DNA of 64,000 nucleotides from Nitrososphaerota archaeon (GTDB lineage Archaea; Thermoproteota; Nitrososphaeria_A; Caldarchaeales; JAVZCJ01): NCBI GenBank assembly GCA_038874475.1, contig JAVZCJ010000002.1, positions 12,964 to 76,963 of the forward strand, read 5' to 3'. Shown piece by piece: positions 8,012 to 17,190 of this stretch (position 1 is its first letter; each line of letters starts with the position of its first letter). The notes under the pieces were generated by a model. It saw only the letters and a program-made list of their open reading frames with translations, ran no database searches and was not told where the DNA came from. The position numbers and the translations under genes were made by a program.

Positions 8012-9499
8012 TTAGCCTTTCGCTACTCCTATTGGAACAAGCCTTGCAACTTTTAAAGCTATGCCAACATTATGGCTAACTTCAACAACTTTATCTACAT
8101 TTTTGTATGATTCGTCTGCTTCTTCTACTAAAACTGCTTTTGATGCTGCTCTTGCTACAATTCCTTTCCTTCTTAAGCTTTCTTCTACGTATGCTGCTGT
8201 TAATTGTCTTTTTGCTCCTGCTCTACTCATTTCCCTTCCAGCTCCGTGAGCAGTGCTTCCGAAGCTTAATTCCATTGCTTTGTGTGTTCCAACTAAAAGC
8301 CATGAAGATGTTCCCATAGAGCCTGGAATTATTACTGGTTGGCCTATGCTTCGATAATCGCTTGGGATTTGTGGATGGTTTGGTGGAAAAGCTCGTGTAG
8401 CACCTTTTCTATGAACATAGACTTTTCTTTTTTCTCCATCAACACGATGCTCTTCAAGTTTAGCAATATTGTGAGCGACATCGTATACTAATTTCATTCC
8501 AAGATTTTCTGCGCTTGTTTTGAAAACTTTTTCGAAGCTTTGTCTAACCCAATGAGTTATTGCTTGACGATTTGCAAAAGCATAATTTACTGCACAAGCC
8601 ATTGCAGAAAAGTATTGTTGAGCTTCAGGAGAAGATGCTGGAGCGCATGCAAGTTCTCTATCTGGGATTTTTATATTGTATCTATGGATTGCTCTTTCCA
8701 TAACTTTTAAATAGTCGCTACAAATTTGATGCCCATAACCTCTGCTTCCAGTATGAATCATTACAGTTATTTGATTTTCATGAGTTATTCCAAAAGCTTT
8801 TGCTATTTCACGATCGAATATTTTATCTACGCGTTGAACTTCTAAGAAATGGTTTCCTGAGCCTAAAGTTCCTATTTGAGCCATTCCTCTATCTTTCGCT
8901 ACAGGAGAAACTTTGCTTGGATCTGCACCTTCTAAAGAACCTTCTTCTTCGATATGCTTTATATCTTCACTCCATCCTAAGCCATAATTATCGATTATGT
9001 ATTTTGCTCCTTCAATAGCGATTCTATCAAGTGTTGAATGTGTTACTTTGAAATCTTTCCTTCTACTTCCTAGTCCTGATGGAACATTGTTAAAAAGTGT
9101 TGTCATTAATTCTTGCAAATGTGGTCTAACATCTTTTTCATCTAAGTTTGTTGTTAATAATCTTACACCACAGTTAATATCATAACCAACTCCTCCTGGT
9201 GATATCACTCCATCAGTAGCATCCATTGCAGCTACTCCGCCTATTGGGAACCCATAACCTTCATGACCGTCGGGTAAAATTATACTATATTTATATATCC
9301 CTTTTAATGTCGCAACATTAGCTCCTTGAATCAAAGTTCTATCTTGAGTCATTTTTTGAAGAAGATCTTCATCAGCATAAATTATTGTTGGAACATGCAT
9401 ATCAGGATTAAATGTTTTTGGAACCTGCCATATAAAATCATTTATTTTCTCTAATTTAATTTGAGGCATCTGTCGGGCCTCCTTTTTTTTAAAACCCAA
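8012..9499 (-). CDS. rtcB: RtcB RNA-splicing ligase (3'-phosphate/5'-hydroxyl RNA ligase)
   Basis: 495 aa. Hallmark motifs GHEGYGFPIGGVAA, GSGNHFLEVQ, HTGSRGYGHQ and HNIAK. Confidence 0.9.
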   Translation of the reverse strand: MGFKKKEARQMPQIKLEKINDFIWQVPKTFNPDMHVPTIIYADEDLLQKMTQDRTLIQGANVATLKGIYKYSIILPDGHEGYGFPIGGVAAMDATDGVISPGGVGYDINCGVRLLTTNLDEKDVRPHLQELMTTLFNNVPSGLGSRRKDFKVTHSTLDRIAIEGAKYIIDNYGLGWSEDIKHIEEEGSLEGADPSKVSPVAKDRGMAQIGTLGSGNHFLEVQRVDKIFDREIAKAFGITHENQITVMIHTGSRGYGHQICSDYLKVMERAIHRYNIKIPDRELACAPASSPEAQQYFSAMACAVNYAFANRQAITHWVRQSFEKVFKTSAENLGMKLVYDVAHNIAKLEEHRVDGEKRKVYVHRKGATRAFPPNHPQIPSDYRSIGQPVIIPGSMGTSSWLLVGTHKAMELSFGSTAHGAGREMSRAGAKRQLTAAYVEESLRRKGIVARAASKAVLVEEADESYKNVDKVVEVSHNVGIALKVARLVPIGVAKG

Positions 9500-9645
9500 T
9501 ATGGCTTTATAGATGGTTATATTTAAGCCTTTTTTTAAAAAGAATGAAAATAAGCATTTTCATAAAATAAAATTGAAAAAAAGATTATGTTTATTCTCCT
9601 TAAAAATAGCTATTAAATTCAAGTAAAGAGTTAAAAAGTTTTAAC

Positions 9646-9791
9646 TTTCAATTCTCTATATGAGATTCTATATATTATTGATGGGCTTATAGGGGCTGCT
9701 ATTTGCTTTTAATTCTCTATATGAGATTCTTAAATAAAATAATGCCTAAATATTACGTTAATATTATCTTTCAATTCTCTTTATGAGATTC
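9646..9791. repeat. Tandem array of three 23-nt direct repeats with ~38-39-nt unique spacers (CRISPR-like mini-array or iterated operator)
   Basis: TTTCAATTCTCTATATGAGATTC at 9646..9668, TTTTAATTCTCTATATGAGATTC at 9707..9729, and TTTCAATTCTCTTTATGAGATTC at 9769..9791. The period is 61-62 bp. The repeat contains a TCTC-TATAT-GAGA inverted repeat, and the spacers are unrelated to each other. It lies 150-290 bp upstream of the rtcB start. Confidence 0.4.
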
Positions 9792-9833
9792 CGACCTTAT
9801 TTTCGCTTATTTTATATCTAAAAAGCTCAAATT

Positions 9834-9910
9834 AAGCTTTTCTATTAAGAATTATTCCGCTACCCCCTAATTTGCAAAGGGGTATATAAAGAGCAGCAAA
9901 AAAAGCAAAA
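9834..9910. repeat. Direct repeat B, copy 1 (flank of vapBC cassette 2)
   Basis: AAGCTTTTCTATTAAGAATTATTCCGCTACCCCCTAATTTGCAAAGGGGTATATAAAGAGCAGCAAAAAAAGCAAAA is about 80% identical to 11094..11168. It contains a CCCC-TAATTTGCAAA-GGGG hairpin-capable segment and a TATATAAAG TATA-like box. Confidence 0.6.
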
Positions 9911-10300
9911 TAATAATCTATTTCTTATTTTTCCAATATGAAAAGATCTGTAATAATTGGAATTATAAAATGAAAGAAATTTTAAAAAAAAGTTAATAAT
10001 TTATTTTATTGAATGCTTATTTCCCTTTATTTTTCTCTATTTTATTTTGTAATTTTTATTTTACAAGAATAATTAAAAGAGAATTTATAGAAGCTTTAAA
10101 ATAAACTAAAAATACTTTGTAGGAATCTTCATTACAATTTTGAACACTTATGGAAAATTCTTTCTTATTTTTGTATAACTTGTTTTTTTTTAAAATTTTA
10201 ATTAAAAGTAAAATTATTTTTCCTAAAAAACATGCATTAAATCTTAAAAATGGAATGTTTGTTTCATAAATTCTATAGCTTTCTGCATTTGTCATTTTCT

Positions 10301-10786
10301 TTATTTCCTACTTATTAACTCTCTAACTCTATTTTCGTCTTTTATATTTACAGCTTTTAAACCTGTTTTTTGTGCAGCACTAACAAGATTCTTATCACTA
10401 CTGAGTAGCACATCACTACCTGAATAAACACAAGTTTGAATCTGGAGAGCATCAGCCTCATAGATATGCTCCTTTAATATTAAAGGCCAAGTTTCAACAA
10501 GCATCGTATTTAGAACCGGAAAAACTTCTAATATTTTTAAATGCAACAACCTTATGATTTCACTTGTAAAGTTTTCAAGAACCTTTGTAAACTCTTCTTC
10601 GCTAAGCCACTTTCTCCTTCTCCTTTCATCCAGCACTCCTAATACCTCGCCAAAATTCCAGATAGATGTAGCCATGGATAGCTCACCTGCCCAGCCTTTA
10701 TCGAAAACATAATCTACCACAAGGCTATCTGTCTCAGACACATATCGCTTAACTATCACACTACTATCGAGGTAAACCTTCAACAC
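10301..10786 (-). CDS. vapC: PIN-domain toxin VapC (cassette 2)
   Basis: 161 aa. MLKVYLDSSVIV N-terminal acidic motif, an internal E, and the C-terminal SSD. Overlaps the upstream RHH gene. The DNA is visibly more GC-rich than its neighbours. Confidence 0.75.
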   Translation of the reverse strand: MLKVYLDSSVIVKRYVSETDSLVVDYVFDKGWAGELSMATSIWNFGEVLGVLDERRRRKWLSEEEFTKVLENFTSEIIRLLHLKILEVFPVLNTMLVETWPLILKEHIYEADALQIQTCVYSGSDVLLSSDKNLVSAAQKTGLKAVNIKDENRVRELISRK

Positions 10787-11063
10787 GCCTACCCCTCATC
10801 TTCTTAATAAGAACTTCTGAAGGTGGGCCTCGGAGTTGAGGTCTATTACGTTTTACCTCTTCAGGGGAAAATACTGTTTTTACATTTATGCCCATGTTTT
10901 TAAAGGCTTTCTCAATCTCCTCGTCAATCATAGAAGCTCGAAGCAGATTTTCAACTTCATCGCTTAATTTTCTCAAGGTACCATGCTTCTTCAAAACGGC
11001 TTCTTTAAACCTAATCCACAATTCCTCGTTAAGATAAAGGCTAACTTTTTTCAAGCATACCAC
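10764..11063 (-). CDS. vapB: Ribbon-helix-helix (CopG-like) antitoxin VapB (cassette 2)
   Basis: 99 aa. VSLYLNEELWIRFKEAVLKKHGTLRKLSDEVENLL has the RHH topology. Overlaps vapC. Confidence 0.65.
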   Translation of the reverse strand: MVCLKKVSLYLNEELWIRFKEAVLKKHGTLRKLSDEVENLLRASMIDEEIEKAFKNMGINVKTVFSPEEVKRNRPQLRGPPSEVLIKKMRGRRVEGLPR

Positions 11064-11093
11064 TAAAGAAGTTTACATGTAAACTGGTATTTA

Positions 11094-11168
11094 AAGCTTT
11101 TTCTACTAAGAACTATCCCGCTACCTTTTAATTTGTAAAGGAGCATATAAGGAGCAAAAAGTAAAAAA
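11094..11168. repeat. Direct repeat B, copy 2
   Basis: AAGCTTTTTCTACTAAGAACTATCCCGCTACCTTTTAATTTGTAAAGGAGCATATAAGGAGCAAAAAGTAAAAAAAT matches 9834..9910. Confidence 0.6.
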
Positions 11169-11377
11169 ATATATTGTATAATTAGAATCTATTTTATTTT
11201 TTAAATCTTTATAGAAATAGAATTATGCATTCTTTTTTTGCGAAGCGTAACAAAAGATGGATATTTATATAAATTAAAGAAAAATAATATAATGGATAAG
11301 TGGATTTTACTCATTCTAAGATTTTTATATAACTGTATATTTTTATCTATTTATATTAAATAAGTTTTATTTTTCTC

Positions 11378-12105
11378 TTATAAGAATAATTCCTTTTTTG
11401 CTTTAAGATTTAATATTAAAAATTTACTTTTGTTTATAGTATATTCTTTCTCATTTAAAACATCTTTATATATGCCTTCTTCAATTTCTATTCTAATATC
11501 ATGAACTTTTAAGTCATTATTCAAGATTATTATAATTTCATGCATATTATCTTCTCTTTTATATGCATAGATCTTTTTCTCATTATCCTTTATCAATGTT
11601 TTAAATTTTCCTATTCTTAAAGCTGGAAAATTTTTCCTTATCTTGATTATTTTTTAAACATCATTCTTCAAGTATAGATACATATGCTTCAATATCTCTC
11701 AATTTTTCATCTTTAAAATATGGTTTTAATGAAGCAATAAACAAAGTTATAGTAGGATACAATCTTCCTCTTGTAGTTTTTATTAGATCTTCAATTCTTG
11801 TCTTCTAATTGTTACTGCTTCAAATTGTTTTAAAGAAGGTAATACTTGTCTTAATATTTCACATCCTGTAATGTTTATTATTGCATCTATATCTCTTTCA
11901 CTATCATTCATCATGAATAATTTTGTTCCTGCATTTCCAATATAGAAGGATCAAAATCATAAATTAATTGAGAAGATAATATACATGCAAGATTATATTT
12001 TCTACTTTCTCTCATTATTGTATTTATTATTCCTTCTTTTTTACTTATTCTATGAGCTTCATCTACAATTAAGAAAGTTCTTTCATTAATTTTATTAAAT
12101 ATCAT
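11378..12105 (-). pseudogene. Degraded remnant of a HerA/DUF87-type (AAA-like, FtsK/VirB4-clade) ATPase, C-terminal third only, with frameshifts and stops
   Basis: The ORF at 11911..12105 encodes ...TFLIVDEAHRISKKEGIINTIMRESRKYNLACILSSQLIYDFDPSIL, i.e. Walker B DEAH plus an RESRKYG-like arginine region plus a sensor SQ. There is no Walker A upstream, because the gene is cut off by the 12240 gene region. Downstream the reading frame continues only through several stops and frame changes down to ~11378. Confidence 0.5.
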
Positions 12106-12239
12106 ACATTTTTGAAAATTTTTTCTTAATATTAATTCTGAAATTGTAATTCTTATTTAAAATTTTGGCTAAAAAAAACAAAAACGAAAAACTTATAAAT
12201 TTTTTCACGCACATCTAAAAATAGAGATGTGAGATAAAA

Positions 12240-15200
12240 ATGAAAAGTTTAAGATATGTTTCAGTATTTCTAATTCTATTCCTAATATTAGTTTTAAAAA
12301 ACGATTTTATTCTTAAAGCCAATGCTGAGGCTACAGTAGTATATGACTTTATAGAATATGCTTCTAAGGCTCAATGGAGTAGTGGAGCAGGAGCTTTACC
12401 TTTTCCTGGAGATCCTTCAGACAAGAGGGGGTTTGCATGCTATGTTTATAACGCGGTTTTAGAAGATGGAACAAAATGGAGCAAAGTTCTGGAAACTCAC
12501 CCAGAGTGGAAAAGTGAAGGTTGGATAATGGGTGTTTACCCGCAACAGATAGTCAAACCGTACACTCAGTTAATTATTAAGGTAGGTTTTCTATCCGGCG
12601 CAACTGGTACAGATGGAGTTAGGTTTGATGTTTACTTCGACGAGTATAGCGATGGAACCCCTATAAGGCATACTATCTTAAGGCAATGGGCTAGTTTAGA
12701 TGGCAAGCTTGATACATTAATAAAAGACTTAAGCTTTATTGCTGGTAAGAAAGGTAGCTTCATTTTATATGTTTCTGCAGGTAAAACTTCAAATAGAGAT
12801 TGGGCTGTTTGGGCTGAAGCAAAAATAGAAACAATTCCATTGCCAGACCTTATAATTACAGATATATGGCAAAAAGATAATAGGATTTATTATAAGATAA
12901 AGAATATAGGTGATGCCAATGCTGCATATTTCTTTAATGTTCTTTTCATCGATGATAAAAATGTAGCTAAAGACTATATTAATACAATAATTGAGCCTGG
13001 AAAAGAAATAGAGAGATATTTTGACTATGATTGGCATGCAACATTACTAAAGCATGTTATAAAAGTCTGTGCTGATTATGGAGATAAAGTGATTGAGAAA
13101 GATGAAGGGAACAATTGTAGAGAAGAAACTTGGTATTTAAAATTACCAGACTTAGTTATAATAGACATATGGGAGAATAACAGCCTTATTCATTATAAGG
13201 TGAAGAATATAGGTGATGCTGCTACGTCGAAAAGTTTCCAGAACTGTCTATCAATAGATGGAAAGCAAGTAGCGACACATGTGATTACGCAAGTACTACA
13301 ACCCGGGCAGGAGGTAGAAGGGGTATTCGACTATGTTTGGCAACCGGCTCCCGGCGAACATTTTGTTAAAGTTTGTGCTGATTGTAAGCAAGAAATCCAA
13401 GAGTCTAATGAGGAAAACAATTGTCTTGAAGAGAAGTGGATTAAGGAAAACTTGCCAGACCTAATAATCATAGAGATAAAGTGCGATAGAAGCAAAAGTC
13501 TAATAGGGTATGTAATAAAGAATATTGGAAGCGAAGTTACGAAGGGAAACCATAGCACAGTGCTCTACGTGGATGGCATTATGATCACTCGCGATTTTGT
13601 TGGGGTTGATCTTAAGCCTGGAGAAACATTTGAATCCTGGTTTAAGGATTACGAATGGCCGGAATGCCGTAACATCACAGTGAAAGTCCGTGCAGACGAC
13701 TTCGACCAAGTTAGAGAATCGAACGAGTTTAATAATGCTCTAGAGAAGATATGCATCTCATATCCTATTCCAATAACAATCGTATCAGGACCGAGCGTAG
13801 TGAACATAACTCAAGACTCTGCTACCATAGTTTGGACTACGAATAAAAAGAGCGATAGCTACGTTGAATATAGTGAGCGCCTTTCAGGAGGATGGAACAC
13901 GATCCACGATCATAATAAGGTCGTGGAACACGTAGTTAAGATCACAGGCTTAAAGCCGAGGACAACATACATGTTCATCGCATCCTCAAAGGATGATTGT
14001 GGGAATCTTGTTACGACAAACAGGACCATGGTATTTGAAACAGCACCTCCCCCTGATGATAAGAAGCCATGGGTTAGACTCATAATTCCAGATACGCTTC
14101 GTTTTAGCGTTAACGTTACGGCTGAGGCCGGCGATGACGTTGGCGTAGAAGGTGTATCGTTCCTCGTAGATGGGGTTTTAAAGTTCACGGCTTTATCCCC
14201 ACCACGCACACAGGGACGCTATGTTTGGCCTTGTAATACAAGGCTTTTGCCCAATGGCCCCCACGTTTTTAGTGTAGTAGCATTTGACGCAGCCGGAAAC
14301 ACAGCTACGGATGCTAAAAACGTAACGATTGAGAACCCTCTAGCGGATTTAGAACCACCAATAGTAAGAATAGTTAAGCCAAATAGATCAGAGGTAAATG
14401 GTCTCGTTCAAATAGAAGCCGTGATTCAAGACGTATCGCTGTCAGCAACGCATATGGCGGGTCTTAGGAGAGCTGAGGTTTACATAGATAACGTTCTAGT
14501 AAAGAGTTGGGAACATGTATCGTTTGATCTAGGTCCTTTCGGGAGAAGGGTTTTTCCAGAGGAGCTTGATTGGCTCGCCAGGCTCTATGCGCCCACTAAC
14601 TTAACGCTGACATATCTTTGGGATACAACTGGTCTTGAGCCACTTTCGGAACATACGATAGAAGTTAGAGCATGGGATTATTCTGACAACTTGGGTGAAA
14701 ATAGCAAGAGGGTTCACATCGGGCTTCGAGATGCTAAAATTGGTCAACTTGGCCCTCTTACACCTATTATCGTTGGTGTTAATGTCGCAAGAAACGTTGT
14801 ACGTGAAAGCAGTAAACCGACGACGTATCTTGTGACTCTAACACTAAAAAATGCGGGGACAGTAACTTTAAGCAATATCAATTTGTTTGACTATGCCATG
14901 GGATTTCAAGCGATTCACCCGTACGCAACTGTAGAGTTTGCACCAGAAGAAAAATGTAGTACCATTTATTTTCCATTAGTGGAAACACTTTCGCCTGGCC
15001 AATCTATAACGTTCGAGTATGAAGCAGTGCCCATATTATTTGAAGACTGCATGCGCTTCCCAGATACTAGATATGTTTTTGGTGCGAAGTATGTTATCCA
15101 TTACATGGGTGACGAGGCGGCCGTGGAATACTTTTGTCCTTTCGTGACCTTCTTCTATAATGGCACGTATTATCGTCAAGGGTTTGAGCTGGAGTATCGT

Positions 15201-17186
15201 CCTCGAGACCTATCGTCAGCCTTTGGAAGCGCAGATTACATAATTATCACTAATCCTTCAGCATTGTTTAACAACAATCCAAACGATAGAAATGGTGTAC
15301 AGTCACTTCTCGTTAAAATAGCTGAATTGGCTAGTATTAAAAAAGGAGTTTTAGGATATTTGGAAGTAGTAACATTGGCCGAGAGAATTAAAGGACTCAT
15401 CTCGCCCTCTGGGGATTGGGCTAGGAGGCTTTCTCCAGTTTTCAGGGACCCGAATCCGGAAAGGAATAGGGACGCTTATGTTCTCATAGTAGGAGAAACG
15501 GAGATAGTCCCTTCATATACTTATCAGTATATTAGATTAAGTGACCATTACTACGCTGATGTTGTTGAAGGAGATGATGAACGACCAGATCTTATTGTTG
15601 GTAGAATAATTGGTGATTCAGCAAGAGATTTAATGAAACCAATCGAATCAAGTATAAGAGTATCGCTTGGTGATGGTTTCGATAGAAGACTTGCAATCTC
15701 AGCAGTCGGCTATGAAGAGGGGTCTGGCGATACTTTCGAAAGTGGAGGCAAGAACATAGCTGAAGATCTTAGAGATCAAGGGATCCAAGTAGAGTATATC
15801 CTCTGGGGCGATTTTGTCCTAAATGCATGGCCGGTAAACTTTAATGAGTATGATGCCCTTGCGCTTGGTGATATAGATAGGGATGGAATCGATGAGATTA
15901 TTATCGCCAAGGATGAGACAGGTAGGATTTACATATATGAGCCGGATGGGACCTCTGTTAGAGATTTCCCTTCCAGCTTCACTCGTTATGATGGTTTTGC
16001 TGCAGGAGATGTAGATGCTGATGGAGTGGATGAAATAGTAATTGCAGTAGATGAAGAAGATCGCCTATATATTTATGAACCTGATGGTACGCTTAAGGGT
16101 TCATGGCAAATAGATTTTGATGAGTGGAATCAAATTGCAATTGGTAACGTTATAGACGAACCATCAGGAATTGAAGAAATAGTCGTGGCAACAAGGAATC
16201 GTGCAAAGGTTTACTCGCTAACTGGAGAAAGGAATACTCTAGTAGAAGATGGTAATTTTCTGATTTATCCAGATTTTACCCCTTATGATGGCTTTGCTAT
16301 AGGTAATGTTAAAGATGATTGGGAAGGAGATGAAATAGTGATAATAAGAGATGATGATGATAAGATTTACATTTACTCTGTAATATTAAGTTATAGAACC
16401 ATTATTGGTGCAAATAAAGAAGTGATAGATACATTGAATCGTGACAAAAGGGACTCTGTCCGTTATACTCCTTGTGATGGCTTTGCTATAGGAGATGTTG
16501 ATGGAAATGGGCTTAATGATATGATAGTCATTTGTGATGAGGATGAAAAAATTTATAGATATTACTGGAATGGTACGGATTGGTGTCGAAGTTCAATATA
16601 CAGTAGACATCTTGGAGAATGGTTCTATGGGATTCGCTATACTGGGAGAGATACAAGGCACAATTGCTTTGCTATAGGAAGAGTAATTCCAAATAGTAAT
16701 CCAAAGCTCGTAATATCAGACCCCGCTGGTCTCGTCAGAATTCTATTGGCAACATGGAAAGATGCGGACAAATTGGCCAATGAACGGCTTGGTTACATGG
16801 CAGGAAGAGTGAGTATCCTAACGACCAGGGGGCATGGAAACGAAGATAGTGATTCTCCAATATTGAAAAGTTATGAGGATAAATGGGGGGATTTCTCTAA
16901 GCATCCATTCATTATGTCTCTGGGATGCTTAGCTGGCTACTATGGTGGTGGTCGGCGATTTGGGGAGACATTATTTAAGAGAGGCGCAGGAGTTTTTATA
17001 GGTTCAACTGAGGTATCATATAGTGGTCCTAATGATCGTGCTAGCAGACGATTCTTTGAGATATATGATATCTGGAACATGTCGGTAGGTAAGGCTTTAA
17101 CTCTATATGAGAGAGAAATCCATGATGATTGGTACTGGGTGAGAGAGTATAACCTCTATGGTGATCCCAAATTCCCCGGGAGGTAA
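12240..17186 (+). CDS. Giant secreted multidomain surface protein: signal peptide, 3-4 CARDB repeats, Fn3/Ig-like domains, gingipain (peptidase C25)-like clan-CD peptidase domain interrupted by ~6 FG-GAP (integrin-alpha beta-propeller) repeats
   Basis: 1648 aa. Signal peptide MKSLRYVSVFLILFLILVL. Repeats LPDLIITDIW...KNIGDA...EPG.E.E..FDY.W...H.IKVCAD....I.E..E.NN occur at nt ~12840, 13140 and 13450, each ending in the canonical CARDB tail E.NE.NN. Fn3-like segment VSGPSVVNITQDSATIVWTTNKKSDSYVEY. C25 N-lobe-like block YVLIVGETEIVPSY...SDHYYADVVEGDDERPDLIVGRIIG (nt ~15480-15620). FG-GAP-type repeats YDALALGDIDRDGIDEIIIA, YDGFAAGDVDADGVDEIVIA and CDGFAIGDVDGNGLNDMIVI (nt ~15850-16570). Candidate clan-CD catalytic dyad: hydrophobic strand then RGHG (VSILTTRGHGNEDS, nt ~16821) and hydrophobic strand then C (PFIMSLGCLAGYYGG, nt ~16927). 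Confidence 0.7.
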   Translation: MKSLRYVSVFLILFLILVLKNDFILKANAEATVVYDFIEYASKAQWSSGAGALPFPGDPSDKRGFACYVYNAVLEDGTKWSKVLETHPEWKSEGWIMGVYPQQIVKPYTQLIIKVGFLSGATGTDGVRFDVYFDEYSDGTPIRHTILRQWASLDGKLDTLIKDLSFIAGKKGSFILYVSAGKTSNRDWAVWAEAKIETIPLPDLIITDIWQKDNRIYYKIKNIGDANAAYFFNVLFIDDKNVAKDYINTIIEPGKEIERYFDYDWHATLLKHVIKVCADYGDKVIEKDEGNNCREETWYLKLPDLVIIDIWENNSLIHYKVKNIGDAATSKSFQNCLSIDGKQVATHVITQVLQPGQEVEGVFDYVWQPAPGEHFVKVCADCKQEIQESNEENNCLEEKWIKENLPDLIIIEIKCDRSKSLIGYVIKNIGSEVTKGNHSTVLYVDGIMITRDFVGVDLKPGETFESWFKDYEWPECRNITVKVRADDFDQVRESNEFNNALEKICISYPIPITIVSGPSVVNITQDSATIVWTTNKKSDSYVEYSERLSGGWNTIHDHNKVVEHVVKITGLKPRTTYMFIASSKDDCGNLVTTNRTMVFETAPPPDDKKPWVRLIIPDTLRFSVNVTAEAGDDVGVEGVSFLVDGVLKFTALSPPRTQGRYVWPCNTRLLPNGPHVFSVVAFDAAGNTATDAKNVTIENPLADLEPPIVRIVKPNRSEVNGLVQIEAVIQDVSLSATHMAGLRRAEVYIDNVLVKSWEHVSFDLGPFGRRVFPEELDWLARLYAPTNLTLTYLWDTTGLEPLSEHTIEVRAWDYSDNLGENSKRVHIGLRDAKIGQLGPLTPIIVGVNVARNVVRESSKPTTYLVTLTLKNAGTVTLSNINLFDYAMGFQAIHPYATVEFAPEEKCSTIYFPLVETLSPGQSITFEYEAVPILFEDCMRFPDTRYVFGAKYVIHYMGDEAAVEYFCPFVTFFYNGTYYRQGFELEYRPRDLSSAFGSADYIIITNPSALFNNNPNDRNGVQSLLVKIAELASIKKGVLGYLEVVTLAERIKGLISPSGDWARRLSPVFRDPNPERNRDAYVLIVGETEIVPSYTYQYIRLSDHYYADVVEGDDERPDLIVGRIIGDSARDLMKPIESSIRVSLGDGFDRRLAISAVGYEEGSGDTFESGGKNIAEDLRDQGIQVEYILWGDFVLNAWPVNFNEYDALALGDIDRDGIDEIIIAKDETGRIYIYEPDGTSVRDFPSSFTRYDGFAAGDVDADGVDEIVIAVDEEDRLYIYEPDGTLKGSWQIDFDEWNQIAIGNVIDEPSGIEEIVVATRNRAKVYSLTGERNTLVEDGNFLIYPDFTPYDGFAIGNVKDDWEGDEIVIIRDDDDKIYIYSVILSYRTIIGANKEVIDTLNRDKRDSVRYTPCDGFAIGDVDGNGLNDMIVICDEDEKIYRYYWNGTDWCRSSIYSRHLGEWFYGIRYTGRDTRHNCFAIGRVIPNSNPKLVISDPAGLVRILLATWKDADKLANERLGYMAGRVSILTTRGHGNEDSDSPILKSYEDKWGDFSKHPFIMSLGCLAGYYGGGRRFGETLFKRGAGVFIGSTEVSYSGPNDRASRRFFEIYDIWNMSVGKALTLYEREIHDDWYWVREYNLYGDPKFPGR

Positions 17187-17190
17187 AAAG

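Noticed and set aside
8061-9185. Several short plus-strand ORFs (8061-8249, 8107-8319, 8800-9018, 8997-9185)
   Set aside because: All lie antisense within rtcB, which carries unmistakable RtcB motifs.
9646-9791. Calling the 3-repeat array a bona fide CRISPR locus
   Set aside because: It has only three 23-nt repeats, shorter than typical archaeal CRISPR repeats. There are no cas genes in 64 kb and no leader-like conservation. It is kept as a repeat feature and a finding, but not typed as CRISPR.
10056-10295. 79-aa ORF between repeat B copy 1 and vapC
   Set aside because: Lies in extremely AT-rich filler, has no RBS or TATA context, and gives a low-complexity K/I/L product. Likely non-coding.
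17158-17190. Upstream extension of the PKD-protein gene (track start 17158)
   Set aside because: The extension overlaps the giant gene and lacks a signal peptide. The ATG at 17191 is preceded by GGGAGGT and begins a canonical signal peptide.
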